Part shown: positions 39,675 through 49,480 of the stretch, in pieces
Numbering within the stretch: position 1 is the first letter of the stretch
Layout of the letters: each line of letters begins with the position of its first letter
Assembly: GCA_025965315.1 (NCBI GenBank)
Contig: JAOPXD010000154.1
Span: 9,822 to 73,821 of the forward strand
Direction: 5' to 3'
DNA length: 64,000 nucleotides
Origin: Marmoricola sp.
GTDB taxonomy: Bacteria; Actinomycetota; Actinomycetes; Propionibacteriales; Nocardioidaceae
Program-made: the position numbers and the translations under genes
The notes under the pieces: model-generated
Database searches by the model: none
The model's input: the letters and a program-made list of their open reading frames with translations, nothing else
Told to the model about the DNA's origin: nothing

Positions 39675-40636
39675 CGGTCCATGATCCGGTCTCGGCGGAC
39701 CCTGGTGCCAGCCCCGGTCCGCCAGAGCCCGTACCCGATCCCGATCGCGCCCAGGGTCAGGTCGTAGCGACCGCCCAGGCCGACGAAGAAGTCCAGCAGC
39801 AGGAAGAACCCCAGGATGCCGAGAACAACCCGGAAGGCATCGGCGCCGTACCGGTCACCGGCGACCCGCCCGCGCAGCAGCAGCACACCGAGCGCCACCG
39901 GCGCGAGGCTGAGCACCAGCCCGATCGGCCACGCGAGACCCGTCGACGGGACCGCGTAGACGAGGACGAAGTGCGCTCCGGTGGCGGCGAAGGCAAGGGC
40001 GCTGATCAACCAGGGTCTGGCCGAGACCGTGCGGGTAGGGGCGGACCTCGAGCGAGTCCCGGCCAGGAAGGCAGAGCCGACCAGTGCCAGCGCCAGTCCA
40101 GCAGCGGCGACCAGCTGGCCAGCACCCGGGCTGCCGGCGCTGTCGGCGTACAGGAACGGGACGACGGCGAACAGCACGACCGCGGCTGTACCGAGCCCTC
40201 GGTTGCCGACCCAGGCACGCTGCTGCGCCGCGGGGAACAGCCGCTCGACGACCAGGATCGAGGAACAGATGCTGACGGCCGCGTGGAAGCAGGTCAGGTG
40301 GACGGCGAGCAGGACGTTCGTGTGCCAGATCTCGCTGTACGAGCCGACACCGGTGTCGTGCCAGAACTTCGCGGAGAACCAGAACCGATCGACCAGCGCC
40401 TCCTCGAACACCCCGTACGCCGCCCCGAGCAGGCACAGTCCGGGCAGCCCGAAGCCGAAGCGGCGTGCGATCTCGCGGCACAGAAGCGCCCCGCACCCGT
40501 ACAGACCGGCCGTCAGCGCGAGGTTCCACGGCAGCACCAGGTCCAGCGGCGGCGTCGATCCGGACAACGTCTCTCCGAAGACGGGCGCGACCACCAGGAC
40601 GGTCAGTGCCGGAGTCAGCAGGCGCGCGGATCCCAT
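39671..40636 (-). CDS. Hypothetical multi-TM membrane protein
   Basis: APVFGETLSGS, GLYGCGALLCRE, LGAAYGVFEEAL. Confidence 0.75.
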   Translation of the reverse strand: MGSARLLTPALTVLVVAPVFGETLSGSTPPLDLVLPWNLALTAGLYGCGALLCREIARRFGFGLPGLCLLGAAYGVFEEALVDRFWFSAKFWHDTGVGSYSEIWHTNVLLAVHLTCFHAAVSICSSILVVERLFPAAQQRAWVGNRGLGTAAVVLFAVVPFLYADSAGSPGAGQLVAAAGLALALVGSAFLAGTRSRSAPTRTVSARPWLISALAFAATGAHFVLVYAVPSTGLAWPIGLVLSLAPVALGVLLLRGRVAGDRYGADAFRVVLGILGFFLLLDFFVGLGGRYDLTLGAIGIGYGLWRTGAGTRVRRDRIMDR

Positions 40637-40768
40637 GTCCTCGACACAACCAGAGGACTGCCGGGCCGAGAGCCCTCCTTTGGTATTAGGCTCGAGATCG
40701 GAGGTCTACGGAACTGCCCAGGTCCCGGTGCTCAGGTCCCGGTGCCCAGGTTCCTGCGCTGACCCTGC

Positions 40769-41089
40769 TCAGAGGATCGAGTTCGGCACGAAGATCGGCC
40801 TCTTCTCGACCGCACCCGCGCTCGGTCGGATGAACTCGAACCCGGCCGTCAGCACGACCGTGTGACCGACCGCCACGGTGTTCCGCAGCTGCGACGCGCA
40901 TTCCTGGTGCAGCGGCGGCGCGTGGAAGGCGTTGCGCGCCACCTCGTCCGGCGTACCCAGGAACGCGATCGGGCGTCCCAGCGACTGGCCGCAACCCCCG
41001 CAGACCCGGCTGAGGGCGCACTGCACGACGCGGCGTACGTCCAGGGTGCCGTCCGGCCAGGCGAACGGCGGTGAGGTCAGCACCGTCAC
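40769..41089 (-). CDS. Small Cys/His-motif protein coupled to the desaturase gene
   Basis: GTG at 41089 overlaps the desaturase stop (GTGA); CGGC and PPLHQEC motifs; 106 aa. Confidence 0.65.
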   Translation of the reverse strand: MTVLTSPPFAWPDGTLDVRRVVQCALSRVCGGCGQSLGRPIAFLGTPDEVARNAFHAPPLHQECASQLRNTVAVGHTVVLTAGFEFIRPSAGAVEKRPIFVPNSIL

Positions 41090-42297
41090 GAGGCCGAGCG
41101 CGACCAGCCGCCCAGCTCCGTACGCCGGACCTGTCGCTGCTGGTCGGGCTTGCGCCCGGAGTCGACGGTCACGTCCACCCCGGTCGGGGGCTTGTCGTCC
41201 TTGGTCATCCTGTTCGGCAGGGACAGCTTGGTGATCACCCGGAGGACCTGGCCGTACTGCCGGTGCAGCGGCCCGGTCGTGTAGGGGATGCCGTACTTGT
41301 CGCAGAGTGCCTTCACCCGCGGGGCGATCTCGGCGTACCGGTTGCTCGGCAGGTCCGGGTACAGGTGGTGCTCGATCTGGTAGCCGAGGTTGCCGCTCAT
41401 CAGGTGCAGCAGCGGACCGCCCTCGAAGTTCGCGGTGCCCAGGATCTGGCGCAGGTACCACTCGGCACGGCTCTCGTCGGTGAGCTCGTCCTCGGTGAAG
41501 TGCAGCGCCCCGTCGGGAAAGTGCCCGCAGAAGATGATCAGGTAGGACCAGACGTTGCGCATCAGGTTGGCGGTGGCATTGGCTCTCATGGTGCCGCGCC
41601 ACTCCTTGCCGCTGAGTGCCGGGTAGACGATGTAGTCCTTGAGGATCTGGTTGCGACCCTTCTTCGCGATCTGCTTGAGCTGCCGCTTCATCTCCTTCGG
41701 GTCCTTCTTGCCCTTGCGGATCGCCTCCAGGTCGAGGTCGTGCAGCGCTACGCCCCACTGGAACAGGCCGGCGAGCAGCGCGTTGTAGACCGGCTGGCCG
41801 AGGTTGGCGGGCGACCACTTCTGCTCCCGCGCCATCCGCAGCACGCCGTACCCGATGTCGTTGTCGTAGCCGAGCACGTTGGTGAACTGGTGGTGGATGT
41901 AGTTGTGGCTGTGCTTCCACTGCTCCGCCGGCTGGCCGGTGTCCCACTCCCAGGTCGAGGAGTGGATCTCCGGATCGTTCATCCAGTCCCACTGCCCGTG
42001 CATGACGTTGTGGCCGATCTCCATGTTCTCGAGGATCTTCGCCAGGCCGAGCGCGACCGTGCTGGCGACGAGCGCCGGGCGCCGGAGCTTCTTGTCCAGT
42101 GGCGAGCTCGCGATCATGCCGATCCGGCCACCCGCGGCGAGCCAGCGCTGGGCGGTGATCACGCGGTTGATGTACGCCGCGTCCTTGGCACCGCGCGACT
42201 CCTCGATCTCGGTCCGGATCGCGTCGAACTCACGGCCGAGCTGCTCGACCTCGTCGTCGGTCAGATGGGCGTACTGGGCAACATCGGCGATGGCCAT
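41086..42297 (-). CDS. Acyl-CoA/fatty acid desaturase (DesA3-like)
   Basis: His boxes EIGHNVMHGQW, HNYIHH, QIEHH. Confidence 0.93.
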   Translation of the reverse strand: MAIADVAQYAHLTDDEVEQLGREFDAIRTEIEESRGAKDAAYINRVITAQRWLAAGGRIGMIASSPLDKKLRRPALVASTVALGLAKILENMEIGHNVMHGQWDWMNDPEIHSSTWEWDTGQPAEQWKHSHNYIHHQFTNVLGYDNDIGYGVLRMAREQKWSPANLGQPVYNALLAGLFQWGVALHDLDLEAIRKGKKDPKEMKRQLKQIAKKGRNQILKDYIVYPALSGKEWRGTMRANATANLMRNVWSYLIIFCGHFPDGALHFTEDELTDESRAEWYLRQILGTANFEGGPLLHLMSGNLGYQIEHHLYPDLPSNRYAEIAPRVKALCDKYGIPYTTGPLHRQYGQVLRVITKLSLPNRMTKDDKPPTGVDVTVDSGRKPDQQRQVRRTELGGWSRSAS

Positions 42298-42324
42298 GGG
42301 CGCTCCTTCAGGTCGTGGGGAGGG

Positions 42325-43401
42325 TCAGATGTTCAGGACGCAGGGCCCGACCGGAACGGTCACGCACGTCTGCACCTGCTCGTTGGGCTGATCGAACTCT
42401 GCCCCGTTTCGCAGGTCCCGAACCGTGCCGGAGATCTTGGTGACCGTGCAGGTGTGGCAGATGCCGACCCGGCAGCCGTACGGCATCCCGACGCCCGCCT
42501 GCTCGCCCGCCTCCAGCACGGTGGTGGCACCGTCGGCCTCGATCGACTTGCTGGAGTTCTGGAACGAGATCGTGCCGCCCTCGCCGCCGTCGCCGGTGAA
42601 CGCCAGCGAGAACCGCTCGATGTGCAGCGAGTCCGACAGGTCCGCGGCCTCCCAGTGCCGCTCGACGGCATCCAGCATCGGCGCCGGTCCGCAGGCCCAG
42701 GTCTCGCGCTCGCGCCAGTCGGGGACCAGGTGGTCGAGCCCGTCCCAGCTGAAGATCCCGTCGGTGTCGGTGTGCTGCTCGTGCAGCACCAGCCCGGGAT
42801 GCCTCTCGTGCATCTCGAGCAGCTCCGCGCGGAAGATCATCCGCTCCGGCGTCGTGGACGAGTAGTGCAGCGTGACGTCACCCATCGTCCGGCGCCGGTC
42901 CAGGGTGCGCAGCATCGACATCACCGGGGTGATCCCGCTGCCGCCGACCAGGAACAGCGACTTCGCCGGGGGCGGGTCGGGCAGCACGAAATCCCCGGCC
43001 GGGGTCGCCAACCGCACGATCGTCCCTGGCTGGAGCCCCCGGACGAGGTGCTCGCTCAGCATGCCCTCGGGCATCGCCCGGACGGTGATCGCCAGCGTGC
43101 GACCGGACTTCACCGGAGGCGAGCTCACCGAGTACGAGCGCCACTGGTACTTGCCGCCCACCTGGACGCCGATGCCGACGAACTGACCGGGCCGGTGCTG
43201 GTACTTCCACCCCCACCCGGGCCTGATCACCAGGGTGGCGGCGTCCTCGGTCTCCGGGATGACTTTCTCGACGCGCCCCCGGAGCTCCCGCGAGCTCCAC
43301 AGCGGGTTGAGCAGCGTCAGGTAGTCATCGGGCAGGAGTGGGGTGGTCAACTTGTCGGCTGCTTTGCGGACCCGTTCCCAGGTCACTACTCCGTCGCTCA
43401 C
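42325..43401 (-). CDS. Ferredoxin reductase partner of the desaturase (Rv3230c-like)
   Basis: RSYS, GGSGITP, WACGP, C-terminal 2Fe-2S CRVGICHTC...C; GTG at 43401. Confidence 0.92.
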   Translation of the reverse strand: MSDGVVTWERVRKAADKLTTPLLPDDYLTLLNPLWSSRELRGRVEKVIPETEDAATLVIRPGWGWKYQHRPGQFVGIGVQVGGKYQWRSYSVSSPPVKSGRTLAITVRAMPEGMLSEHLVRGLQPGTIVRLATPAGDFVLPDPPPAKSLFLVGGSGITPVMSMLRTLDRRRTMGDVTLHYSSTTPERMIFRAELLEMHERHPGLVLHEQHTDTDGIFSWDGLDHLVPDWRERETWACGPAPMLDAVERHWEAADLSDSLHIERFSLAFTGDGGEGGTISFQNSSKSIEADGATTVLEAGEQAGVGMPYGCRVGICHTCTVTKISGTVRDLRNGAEFDQPNEQVQTCVTVPVGPCVLNI

Positions 43402-43408
43402 GGGATTC

Positions 43409-43437
43409 AGTGAACAACTGTGGCCTGACTTTTTCAA
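43409..43437 (-). promoter_or_regulatory. Leaderless promoter (TTGAAA-N17-TTCACT) with an overlapping DesT/FabR-like imperfect palindrome
   Basis: -35 at 43432-43437, -10 at 43409-43414, 7 nt to GTG; AGTGAACAACTGTGGCCT at 43409-43426. Confidence 0.5.
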
Positions 43438-43525
43438 TGGGCGGCGACGGGTTTGAACAGCAGGATCAACGATCCTGGGCGCCTGGGTCCTACCCGCCCC
43501 GGCGAGCCCGCACGATGATGGCCAG

Positions 43526-44449
43526 ATGACTGCCTCCCCTGAAGAGCTCGAAGTCCGCACGGGTACCGCCGACGCGAACGGCCTCCGGATCGCCTACGAG
43601 GACATGGGCGACCTCGCCGATCCCGCCGTCGTCCTGATCATGGGTTTCAGCGCCCAGCTGACGTTCTGGCCCGTCGACTTCTGCCGGATGCTCGTCGAGG
43701 GCGGGTACCGGGTGATCCGGTTCGACAACCGCGACGTCGGCCTGTCGAGCAAGCTCGACGGTGTCCGCGTCGCAGGCTTGCTACCGCTCCGGGTCGCCCG
43801 GCACCTGGCCGGCCGCCCGTCCCCGTCGCCGTACACGCTGGTGGACATGTCCGAGGACGTGCTCGGGCTGTGCGACTACCTCGGCATCGGGTCGGCGCAC
43901 GTCGTCGGCGCGTCGATGGGCGGCATGATCGCCCAGATCTTCGCGGCCGACCACGCCGACCGGGTCCGCTCGCTGGGGATCGTCTTCTCCTCGACCAACC
44001 AGCCGTTCCTGCCACCGCCCAGGCCGGCGGCCCTGCGGGCGCTGATCGGCGGCCAGGGGAAGTCGCCGACCCGCGACCAGGTGATCGACCGCCTCGTCAG
44101 AGCCGGGAACACCCTCGGCGGAGCCCGGTACGTCGAGGACGCGGCGGTAGCGCGCGAGCAGGCCGCCGCGAGCTACGACCGCAGCTTCCACCCCGAGGGC
44201 CTCGTGCGCCAGTTCGCCGCGGCGACGGGCACCGGCAACCTGGTGCCGTACGGCCGCAGGATCACCGCGCCGACCGTGGTGATCCACGGATCGCTCGACC
44301 CGATCCTCCGGCCCGGCAACGGCAGGGCCGTCGCCAAGGCGATCAAGGGTGCCCGCCTGCACGTCGTCGACGGCATGGGCCACCACCTGCCCGCGCCGTT
44401 GCTGCCGGAGCTGTCGGCAGCACTGCTCGAGAACTTCGCCCGGGCCTGA
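43526..44449 (+). CDS. Alpha/beta hydrolase (paralog of 509-1417)
   Basis: RFDNRDVG, GASMGG, GMGHHLP. Confidence 0.9.
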   Translation: MTASPEELEVRTGTADANGLRIAYEDMGDLADPAVVLIMGFSAQLTFWPVDFCRMLVEGGYRVIRFDNRDVGLSSKLDGVRVAGLLPLRVARHLAGRPSPSPYTLVDMSEDVLGLCDYLGIGSAHVVGASMGGMIAQIFAADHADRVRSLGIVFSSTNQPFLPPPRPAALRALIGGQGKSPTRDQVIDRLVRAGNTLGGARYVEDAAVAREQAAASYDRSFHPEGLVRQFAAATGTGNLVPYGRRITAPTVVIHGSLDPILRPGNGRAVAKAIKGARLHVVDGMGHHLPAPLLPELSAALLENFARA

Positions 44450-44471
44450 CCGCCCGTCCTGGGCAACGGCG

Positions 44472-45179
44472 TCAGGGACGGTGGCTCGGCAGGTCGAGGA
44501 GCTGCTCGTAGAAGCCGCCGAAACGACCGCCGGGTTCGATCAGGTGGATCTCCAGGATCCAGTGGCACGGCTTGCCCGCCGCGTCGGGACGGCGCATCGG
44601 ACCGGTGCTGCCGTGGGTGACGTAGCAGTCGATCTCGTCGCCGTTGATCTTCTCGTGCGGGAACTCGCCGACGAGGTGGCCGGCGTGGGAGGCACCGTGC
44701 TTCCACCCCGCGTCGGCGATCAGCTCCAGGACGTGCGCGAAGAGCTCCGCCCCGGTGATGTCGGGCCTGGCGTCGAAGTACTGCTTCGCCAGCGTCCAGA
44801 TCCGCCCGAGATCGGCGGTGAGCCGGTGCTTGCGCGGGTCGTCCCCGACGACGTACGTCCGACCGACGTCGGCCTCCCACTGGTCGAAGATCGGGCCGAA
44901 GTCGAAGAAGACGATGTCGTCGGCCCCGATCGTCAGGTCCGGCGGGTTCGACCGGTACGGCTCGAGGGTGTTGATGCCCGACCGGACGATCCGCTTGTGC
45001 CAGAACCGCTGGACGTCGAACAGCTCGTTGGCCAGCTCGCGGATCTGGTCGCTCAGCTCCCGCTCGCTGGTTCCCACGGCCACGAGTCCACGAGCCACGA
45101 CCTCGTCGAACAGCGCGAGAGCCTTGTGCTCGGCGTCGACCAGCGCCCGGACCCGGTCGTGCTCCGGCATCGTCGACAT
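44472..45179 (-). CDS. Stand-alone M24 metallopeptidase domain
   Basis: FFDFGP, EADVGRT, HAGHLVG, ILEIH. Confidence 0.82.
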   Translation of the reverse strand: MSTMPEHDRVRALVDAEHKALALFDEVVARGLVAVGTSERELSDQIRELANELFDVQRFWHKRIVRSGINTLEPYRSNPPDLTIGADDIVFFDFGPIFDQWEADVGRTYVVGDDPRKHRLTADLGRIWTLAKQYFDARPDITGAELFAHVLELIADAGWKHGASHAGHLVGEFPHEKINGDEIDCYVTHGSTGPMRRPDAAGKPCHWILEIHLIEPGGRFGGFYEQLLDLPSHRP

Positions 45180-45223
45180 GGGTGAACGCTACCGAACGGG
45201 CTCCCACCAGGAATACTGCTCCC

Positions 45224-45490
45224 ATGACCCAGAAGCGGATCCTCCGCGCGGCATCCTCGACCCGTACGACGGTGCGCGAGCGCGACAAGATGCTTCGCGA
45301 GGCATTTCGGCTGTACACCCTCGATGCGGACGACATCGAGGTCGAGAACCTGCTCGTGCGGCTGTCCGAGGAGACCCCCGACGGCGTCACCTTCCGGCTC
45401 TTCGACATGGTGAACGTGCTCGTCAACGAGCTCTGCGCCGAGACCGGCGTCAGCCGCGACGAGCTGCTCGCCCGGTTGCAGCGCAGCTGA
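45224..45490 (+). CDS. Small hypothetical protein
   Basis: 88 aa, GC-ending codons, fills the gap between divergent genes. Confidence 0.6.
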   Translation: MTQKRILRAASSTRTTVRERDKMLREAFRLYTLDADDIEVENLLVRLSEETPDGVTFRLFDMVNVLVNELCAETGVSRDELLARLQRS

Positions 45491-45532
45491 GCCGGCGCGG
45501 ATCGGTTGGCTTCGTGCCCTAGCCTCGGGTCC

Positions 45533-47323
45533 GTGCCACTGCTGACCCGCTGGGGACGCGACCTCGACCCGGATCATCCGCTCCCGGAGTACCCGCGCCC
45601 TCAGCTCGCCCGCGGCGAGGACACCTGGGTGAACCTGAACGGTCGCTGGAGCTACGCGTTCGGGACCGAGGAGCGACCTGCGTCGTGGGACGGCGAGATC
45701 GTCGTACCGTTCTCCCCCGAGGCGCCGCTGTCCGGGGTCGGTCGGCAGCTGCAGCCCGACGAGTGGCTCTGGTACCGGCGTAGCGGCATCACCGCACCGA
45801 CGGGCGAGCGGGTGCTGCTGCACTTCGGAGCGGTCGACCAGACCTGCACCGTCTGGGTGAACGGCACCGAGGTCGGCAGCCACACCGGCGGCTACCTGCC
45901 CTTCACGTTCGACGTCACCGATGCCCTGGTCGAAGGCACCCAGACGATCGAGGTCAGGGTCCGGGACCTGTCCGAGACCGGCCCGCACGCGCGTGGCAAG
46001 CAACGCCTGGACCGTGGTCGGATCTGGTACACCGCACAGTCCGGGATCTGGCAGACGGTGTGGCTCGAGGCGGTGCCGACCCTGTACGTCGAGTCACTGG
46101 TGATCACGCCGGACCTGGCCGGCGGCTCGCTCGAGGTGACGGTGGTGGCGAGCGGGACGTCGCCGGTGGCGGTCTCGGTGAACGGCGTGACCACGCCCGG
46201 CGCGGCCGGCGAGGTGATCCGGATCCCGGTCGAGGACCCGCACCCGTGGACCGTCGACGACCCGTACCTCTACGACCTCGAGATCACCTGCGGCGCGGAC
46301 ACCGTCACGTCCTACGCAGCGATGCGCGACTTCGGGTTCGGCATCGACCGGCGCGGCCGACGGCGGTTCCTGCTCAACGGCCGTCCGATCCAGCACACCG
46401 GGGTGCTCGACCAGGGCTACTGGCCCGACGGCCTGCTGACGGCTCCGGCGGACGAGGCGATGGTGCACGACATCACCACCATGAAGGACCTCGGCTTCAC
46501 GATGCTGCGCAAGCACGTCAAGGTCGAGCCGCTGCGCTGGTACCACCACTGCGACCGGCTCGGGATCCTGGTCTGGCAGGACATGGTCAACGGCGGTGGC
46601 CGTTACCGGGAGCTGATCGCGAACCTGCCGGCGCGCTGGCCGATCCGGCTCGCCGACAAGCGGCACGCGCTCTTCTTCCGCGGCGACACTGCCGCTCGCG
46701 AGGAGTTCCGCGCCGAGGTGACGCAGACGGTGACCCTGCTCCGCAACGTCGTCTCGATCGCCGTCTGGACGCCGTTCAACGAAGGCTGGGGCCAGTTCGA
46801 CGCGAACGCGATCGCCGCTGCTGTCAAGAAGCTCGATCCCACCCGCGCGGTCAACCACGTCAGCGGCTGGATCGATCAGGGCGGCGGCGACGTCAAGAGC
46901 TTCCACTCCTACCTGCGCCCGTTCCGGCTCCGGCCGCGCAAGAACGAGAGACGGGTCTACGCGCTGACCGAGTACGGCGGCTACAGCCTCGCCGTCGACG
47001 GCCACGACGCCAGCGCCGTCGAGTATGGCTACCGCCACTGCGAGACGCCCGAGGACCTCGCGGCCGGCTTCGTCGCCCTGCACTACGACCAGATCCAGGA
47101 CGCCGTCGACCTCGGTGTGGCCGCCACCGTCTACACCCAGCTCAGCGACGTCGAGGACGAGCTCAACGGGCTGCTCACCTGGGACCGCGAGGCACTGAAG
47201 ATCCCGGCGGACACCGTGCGCAAGGCGCTCACCCTCGCCGACGGGCGCGAGCGCCCGGTCCGAGCCCTACCCGGCGACCGGGCCGTCGACCCAGTGGCTA
47301 CCGCGCACGACGAAGGCAGCTGA
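45533..47323 (+). CDS. Glycoside hydrolase family 2
   Basis: PEYPRPQL, LHFGAVD, SGIWQTVWLE, LDQGYWPDG, RKHVKVE, PFNEGWG, TEYGG; TAGCCT -10 box 7 nt before GTG. Confidence 0.9.
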   Translation: MPLLTRWGRDLDPDHPLPEYPRPQLARGEDTWVNLNGRWSYAFGTEERPASWDGEIVVPFSPEAPLSGVGRQLQPDEWLWYRRSGITAPTGERVLLHFGAVDQTCTVWVNGTEVGSHTGGYLPFTFDVTDALVEGTQTIEVRVRDLSETGPHARGKQRLDRGRIWYTAQSGIWQTVWLEAVPTLYVESLVITPDLAGGSLEVTVVASGTSPVAVSVNGVTTPGAAGEVIRIPVEDPHPWTVDDPYLYDLEITCGADTVTSYAAMRDFGFGIDRRGRRRFLLNGRPIQHTGVLDQGYWPDGLLTAPADEAMVHDITTMKDLGFTMLRKHVKVEPLRWYHHCDRLGILVWQDMVNGGGRYRELIANLPARWPIRLADKRHALFFRGDTAAREEFRAEVTQTVTLLRNVVSIAVWTPFNEGWGQFDANAIAAAVKKLDPTRAVNHVSGWIDQGGGDVKSFHSYLRPFRLRPRKNERRVYALTEYGGYSLAVDGHDASAVEYGYRHCETPEDLAAGFVALHYDQIQDAVDLGVAATVYTQLSDVEDELNGLLTWDREALKIPADTVRKALTLADGRERPVRALPGDRAVDPVATAHDEGS

Positions 47324-47899
47324 TCCCTCGGTGAGCTCGGCGACGATCTCGCGGGCCACCGGGACGGCGATCGACGGGACCGCCAGCTCCAGGGTCGCCG
47401 CGTCGGTGTAGTCGATCCGGAGCACCGTGGTGCCGCGCGAGCGCAGCTCGTGCTCGAGACGACCGGCAGCGGCGAGGTCGACCGTCACCCGGCACAGCTC
47501 GTGCTGGGTGCGCTCGATCACCGGGGTCGTCTCCATCGCGGCGCGGACGGCGTCGCCGTACGCGCGTGCCAGCCCGCCGGTGCCGAGCAGGGTGCCGCCG
47601 AACCAGCGGGTGACGACCGCGACCACGTCGCTGATCCCCCGACCGCGCAGCGCCTCGAGCATCGGCGCACCACCCGTCCCGGGCGGCTCACCGTCGTCCT
47701 GGGCGCGTTCGAGCAGACCCTGCGGTCCGATCACGTACGCCGAGCAGTGGTGCTTCGCGCTCCAGTGCGCCTTGCGTGCCTGCTCGACGACGCTGCGGGC
47801 GGACATCTCGTCCTCGACCCGGACCAGCGCGCACCGGAACCGCGACCGGCTGACCTCGATCTCGGCCTCACCGTCGGCGGCGATCGTGAGATACCGCAC
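47267..47899 (-). CDS. YigZ/IMPACT family protein
   Basis: EVSRSRF, AKHHCSAY, DDGEPPGTGGAPML, VVTRWFGGTLLGTGGL. Confidence 0.92.
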   Translation of the reverse strand: MRYLTIAADGEAEIEVSRSRFRCALVRVEDEMSARSVVEQARKAHWSAKHHCSAYVIGPQGLLERAQDDGEPPGTGGAPMLEALRGRGISDVVAVVTRWFGGTLLGTGGLARAYGDAVRAAMETTPVIERTQHELCRVTVDLAAAGRLEHELRSRGTTVLRIDYTDAATLELAVPSIAVPVAREIVAELTEGSAAFVVRGSHWVDGPVAG

Positions 47900-47936
47900 G
47901 CGCTTCCCCCCGCTGCACCCCTAGAAGAATGGGAGC

Positions 47937-47972
47937 GGTGGCGGGGTACCCCTCCCAGGATCACCCCGCCAC
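47937..47972. terminator. 11-bp hairpin between cbs and yigZ
   Basis: GGTGGCGGGGT / ACCCCGCCACC. Confidence 0.45.
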
Positions 47973-48091
47973 CTGACCCGTTGTGCACCTGGCCAGAGGC
48001 CGGCGCTGCACCCCAACAGGTCCGGCCGCCTCCATGTGGGGTACGGAAAAAGCGACCGTGCTCCCACCTTAGACGACTGGGTTAAATCGGA

Positions 48092-49480
48092 CTAACGGAA
48101 TGCGGCCAGGAAGGTGAGCAGATCGGCCCGGGTCAGGACTCCGATCGGTCGACCGTCCTCCTGGACCAGCAACGCGTCCGCGTCTCCGAGTGCGGCGATC
48201 GCCTCCGCGACGCCGACCGAGGCGCCGATCGTCGGCAGCGGCGGGCTCATGTGCGCCTCGACCTGGTCGGCCAGCTTGGCCTGTCCGGCGAACAACGCGT
48301 CGAGGATGGCGCGCTCCGAGACCGACCCGGCCACCTCTGCCGCCATCACCGGCGGCTCGGCCCGGACGACGGGCATCTGGGACACGCCGTACTCCTTGAG
48401 GATCCCGATCGCCTCGGCGAGGGTCTCGGTCGGGTGCGTGTGCACCAGGTCGGGCAGGCCGCCGCTCTTGCCGCGCAGCACCTCGCCGACGGTCTGGTCG
48501 TCCTGCGCTGCGAGGAACCCGTACCGGGCCAACCACTCGTCGTTGAAGACCTTGGTCAGGTAGCCGCGACCGGAGTCCGGGAGCAGCACCACGATCACCG
48601 CGTCAGGGTCATCGACCTCGCTCGCGAGCTGCGCCGCCGCGAAGGCAGCCATGCCGGACGACCCGCCGACGAGCAGGCCCTCCTCACGGGCCAGCCGACG
48701 CGTCATCGCGAACGAGTCCGCGTCGGAGACCTCGATGACCCGGTCCGCCACGGTGCGGTCGTAGGTCTCCGGCCAGAAGTCCTCACCGACGCCCTCGACC
48801 AGGTACGGCCGACCGGAGCCCCCGGAGTACACCGAGCCGGCGGGATCCGCGCCGACGACCTGGATCGAGGAGTTCTGCTCCTTCAAGAACCTGCCGACCC
48901 CGGAGATCGTGCCGCCGGTGCCCATGCCGCAGACGAAGTGGGTGATCCGGCCGTCGGTCTGGCGCCAGATCTCCGGGCCGGTGTCCTCGTAGTGCGATCG
49001 CGGGTTGTTCGGGTTGGAGTACTGGTCGGGCTTCCAGGCACCCGGCTGCTTCGAGAGCCGGTCGGAGACGTTGTAGTAGCTGTCCGGGTGCTCCGGCGCG
49101 ACCGCCGTCGGGCAGACCACTACCTCGGCGCCGTACGCCTTGAGGACGTTGCGCTTGTCCTCGCTGACCTTGTCCGGGCAGACGAACACGCACTTGTACC
49201 CGCGCTGCTGGGCGACCAGGGCGAGCCCGACACCGGTGTTCCCCGAGGTCGGCTCGACGATCGTGCCCCCCGGCTGCAGCGCGCCCGAGGCCTCGGCGGC
49301 GTCGATCATCCGGCGCGCGATCCGATCCTTCACCGATCCACCGGGATTGAGGTACTCGACCTTCGCCAGGACCAGCGGACCGGTCCCGGCGCTCTCGGCG
49401 CCCGGCTCCCGCAGGGTCCGGTCGAGCTTGACCAACGGGGTGTTGCCGATCAGGTCCAGGAGCGAATTCGCGTAGTCCAT
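48092..49480 (-). CDS. cbs: Cystathionine beta-synthase with CBS domains
   Basis: KVEYLNPGGSVKDR, EPTSGNTG, GMGTGGT, VEGVG; ATG 49480 after GGAGGA. Confidence 0.95.
   Translation of the reverse strand: MDYANSLLDLIGNTPLVKLDRTLREPGAESAGTGPLVLAKVEYLNPGGSVKDRIARRMIDAAEASGALQPGGTIVEPTSGNTGVGLALVAQQRGYKCVFVCPDKVSEDKRNVLKAYGAEVVVCPTAVAPEHPDSYYNVSDRLSKQPGAWKPDQYSNPNNPRSHYEDTGPEIWRQTDGRITHFVCGMGTGGTISGVGRFLKEQNSSIQVVGADPAGSVYSGGSGRPYLVEGVGEDFWPETYDRTVADRVIEVSDADSFAMTRRLAREEGLLVGGSSGMAAFAAAQLASEVDDPDAVIVVLLPDSGRGYLTKVFNDEWLARYGFLAAQDDQTVGEVLRGKSGGLPDLVHTHPTETLAEAIGILKEYGVSQMPVVRAEPPVMAAEVAGSVSERAILDALFAGQAKLADQVEAHMSPPLPTIGASVGVAEAIAALGDADALLVQEDGRPIGVLTRADLLTFLAAFR

Noticed and set aside
40715-40754. 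2.5 copies of a 14-bp repeat (CAGGTCCCGGTGCY)
   Set aside because: No spacers, so not CRISPR; looks like local slippage in an intergenic gap.
41071-43413. 780-aa plus-strand ORF
   Set aside because: Antisense shadow of the desaturase and reductase genes.
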